Assembly: GCA_044507735.1 (NCBI GenBank)
Contig: JBIQJB010000001.1
Span: 192,001-256,000 of the forward strand
Direction of reading: 5' to 3'
DNA from: Nitrosopumilales archaeon
GTDB lineage: Archaea > Thermoproteota > Nitrososphaeria > Nitrososphaerales > Nitrososphaeraceae
DNA length: 64,000 nt
The translations under genes and the position numbers were made by a program. Positions within the stretch are counted from its first letter, which is position 1, and each line of letters opens with the position of its first letter. Positions 61,661-64,000 of this stretch are shown here, one piece after another. The notes under the pieces were generated by a model. That model did no database searches, was not told the DNA's origin, and saw nothing but the letters and a program-made list of their open reading frames with translations.

Positions 61661-61965
61661 TTTCTGTAATGGCAGGATGCAAGATTAACTGTGCTTGGAA
61701 CAAGGCTGTATTGAACAGTAGTGCAACCAAGAAATCATCCTAGTGACTGCCCAGTCTAACGCGGTTATGATTATTCAAAAATGTTCTTGATAAGCACTAA
61801 TGACTAGAGGGACGTAGAATTTTTCATGTGACAGCCAGACCAGGGAGCCAGCTCCTCAGTCGGTATGGCTGTCGCAAGGCGAGATGCTTCACAACAACAA
61901 GACATTTCCAGGGGCTGGTTCCAGCACGATATAACTCTTTAATGGGATAAGGTAGATGTTCGAAT

Positions 61966-62097
61966 ATGCCTTCAAGCGAGCTTTTGAGGTGCACGGTTTG
62001 TGGACAGGATTTCCCAACAATCGATTCACTAATGGAGCACCAGCTGGCAGAAGAGGAAGAAGTTGAGCTCCGCCACAAAGGATTCGCCGATGGCTAG
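61966..62097 (+). CDS. 43-aa C2H2-like Zn-finger micropeptide
   Basis: Manual translation MPSSELLRCTVCGQDFPTIDSLMEHQLAEEEEVELRHKGFADG. Confidence 0.65.
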   Translation: MPSSELLRCTVCGQDFPTIDSLMEHQLAEEEEVELRHKGFADG

Positions 62098-62216
62098 ATG
62101 ATGGTATGTCCACAGCGCCTGCGACGTTCACAAAATCGGAGCACGTTTAGCTAGGGATCTTAAGAATCTTCAAGACTGCCTAGCCATTATCATGACGTGT
62201 ATCTACGAGAATCCCT

Positions 62217-62390
62217 ATGGGATCTTGCAGAATTTATGGCGGAGAGATGCGAAAGATCGCAATCTGTTCTGCTTGTGAGGGAAATGTCCAATGGAAGTGC
62301 ATTTCATGCAGCAAAGAGACTGACAGATCGGTCCATATTCATGAGCGCAAAATAGTCGCCTCAAGAACGATTGACAACGAAAAAACCTGA
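62217..62390 (+). CDS. 57-aa Cys/His Zn-binding micropeptide
   Basis: Manual translation MGSCRIYGGEMRKIAICSACEGNVQWKCISCSKETDRSVHIHERK... Confidence 0.6.
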   Translation: MGSCRIYGGEMRKIAICSACEGNVQWKCISCSKETDRSVHIHERKIVASRTIDNEKT

Positions 62391-62845
62391 GCACAAGTCC
62401 ATGGACTTCAACCGTGCGGTGGGGTAGAGAGGCAGCTGCAACAACCACATCAGCAGGCATTTTGGGTACACTACTACTTATGCTACGTTGGCAACGGTAG
62501 CGGAAAATGGCTCCTCTCCTCCTGTGAATGTCGTGAGCAGCATAACAAAAAGGGCAGATCAGCGGAGGAGCAGCAGTAACAGTAGCAGGCATTGGCTATG
62601 ACTCCAATGCTTAGGTGGGAGTGTGTACCATCGATGGCATTAGGAACCTTGAACGCTTTGGGGTTGAGAGGATGTCAGATCATCACAGGCGAGCCTCTCC
62701 AAACGGAGTCGCCTGCTACTTCTTCCAGTTCTTCTTCAGATGGAGCGGCAATGTAGGTTATTATGTTATTTATAATCAAGAAGAATCAGAGGGAACTTGC
62801 GTGGTGCCATGCTTTTATCTGGCCGTTTGATACAATACCTTTACG

Positions 62846-63235
62846 ATATCTCGTGAGACCAGAGGCGAACGTTATGTTGATCTTCCCGGGCTGGTCCTTG
62901 CAGTAAACAGGTCCATACGGTACTGTGCAGTTGTGAACAAGCTGGGCTATATAATCGCCCAAAAGTACCGCAGGGGTCTCCAGCCGCTAATGACTGCAGA
63001 AGAAACTCGCAAGAACGCGCTGCATGCAATAATCCGACATTCGACCCGGTTATCGTGGGAAAGCAAGTTTGGTAAGTCGTTGTACTCGATCACTCGATAC
63101 GAGAATGTCATAAGGGCTACAATACCACTGATCGAAAATCATCTACTGCTGGTGTCACTTGATCCAAAAGTTGGCAATGTGGATGGACTGATGATGCAAG
63201 GCGTATTACCTGCAATCAGAGGTTATCAAACTTGA
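62846..63235 (+). CDS. DUF6659-like paralog of 34405-34812, start codon unclear
   Basis: RSIRYCAVVNKLG...RRGLQPLM...FGKSLY...RATIP...LLVSLD; homology extends upstream of the GTG at 62933. Confidence 0.65.
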   Translation: MSRETRGERYVDLPGLVLAVNRSIRYCAVVNKLGYIIAQKYRRGLQPLMTAEETRKNALHAIIRHSTRLSWESKFGKSLYSITRYENVIRATIPLIENHLLLVSLDPKVGNVDGLMMQGVLPAIRGYQT

Positions 63236-63407
63236 CATTTGTTCAAATTCTCTATTGATTCCCATAGTGAGAGATGGATGATGATGATGCAATTGTTTTT
63301 TTCTTGGATTGAGAATACAAATTGCAAAACCGAAAAGTGATCCTTTTCTCTTCTATACTCTGATTGCTACTCAATGCATAACTAGCATTCTTGCGAATTT
63401 CTCAGTT

Positions 63408-64000
63408 ATGCGAGAGGAACAAAAAATCCTCAACCATTTCATCGACACTGAAGATGAAAATGGCCATACAAACATTCTCCATGAATTGCAGACGGTAACA
63501 GAACAAAAAGTGGAGGAACTAGACTACGAGCAACAGATAGACCGGTGGAACAGGTACCAGCAGCTTCTGGACAAAATAGAAAAGAAGTGTGATACAAATA
63601 CTGGGGTCAGACTTGCCAGAAACGTCTGGCACAACTTCAAACTCTTTACTGCTACATCTTCTGCGGTACTTGCTGTTGTGGGGATTACAGGATTGATGGC
63701 ATTATTGGGGGCATATACGTTGGATAATGCCTATTATGCGGCCGGAGGCCTCTTTGCTCTGGGTGTTGCAGCATGGCAGGCGTTCATCAGGCTTCACCAT
63801 CCATCTGCAATCCACTTCAAGTGTTCTCCTGTCTTGCATATCGACGAATTTGCCTACATCCGACACGCGATAAAGTCAATCCCGCCAATTGAGAATGACC
63901 CTGTGGTGAGGCTGCCTGTGCTTGAAATGTCTGTGTCGAGGGCATGGCTGGCGCAACACGGGATGTTGAAACTCATGCAAAACCTTGTTGACATATAAAA
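63408..64000 (+). CDS. Hypothetical membrane protein, runs off the window edge
   Basis: Open frame to the edge; two hydrophobic helices. Confidence 0.65.

Overview
Archaeal chromosome segment, most likely from a soil-type ammonia-oxidising archaeon (Nitrososphaerales; inferred from archaeal r-proteins, aEF-2, aIF-5A, a CFI-box-CTERM protein, DUF6659-like proteins and the futalosine pathway). Most of the window is housekeeping: RPA, Lhr, FumC/AspA, L15e, HemB, CorA, a peptide ABC transporter, dph6-srp54-pus10, S27ae/S24e, the mqn genes, aEF-2, SufC and heme genes. Three things are not shown by the ORF track. (1) An island starting exactly at the aEF-2 stop codon (about 46.8-53.1 kb) holds three decayed remnants of a thaumarchaeal solo cas1 (casposase-like) gene. 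Two remnants sit in a ~185-bp direct repeat that begins at the aEF-2 3' end, with cargo genes in between and no CRISPR array. (2) A 28-codon ORF with 9 Cys, ending in six consecutive Cys, is divergent from an HxlR regulator/TauE pair and lies upstream of sufC. (3) A tRNA-Tyr(GTA) has two introns and C instead of U at position 54. All family assignments come from manual translation and motif recognition, not database searches.
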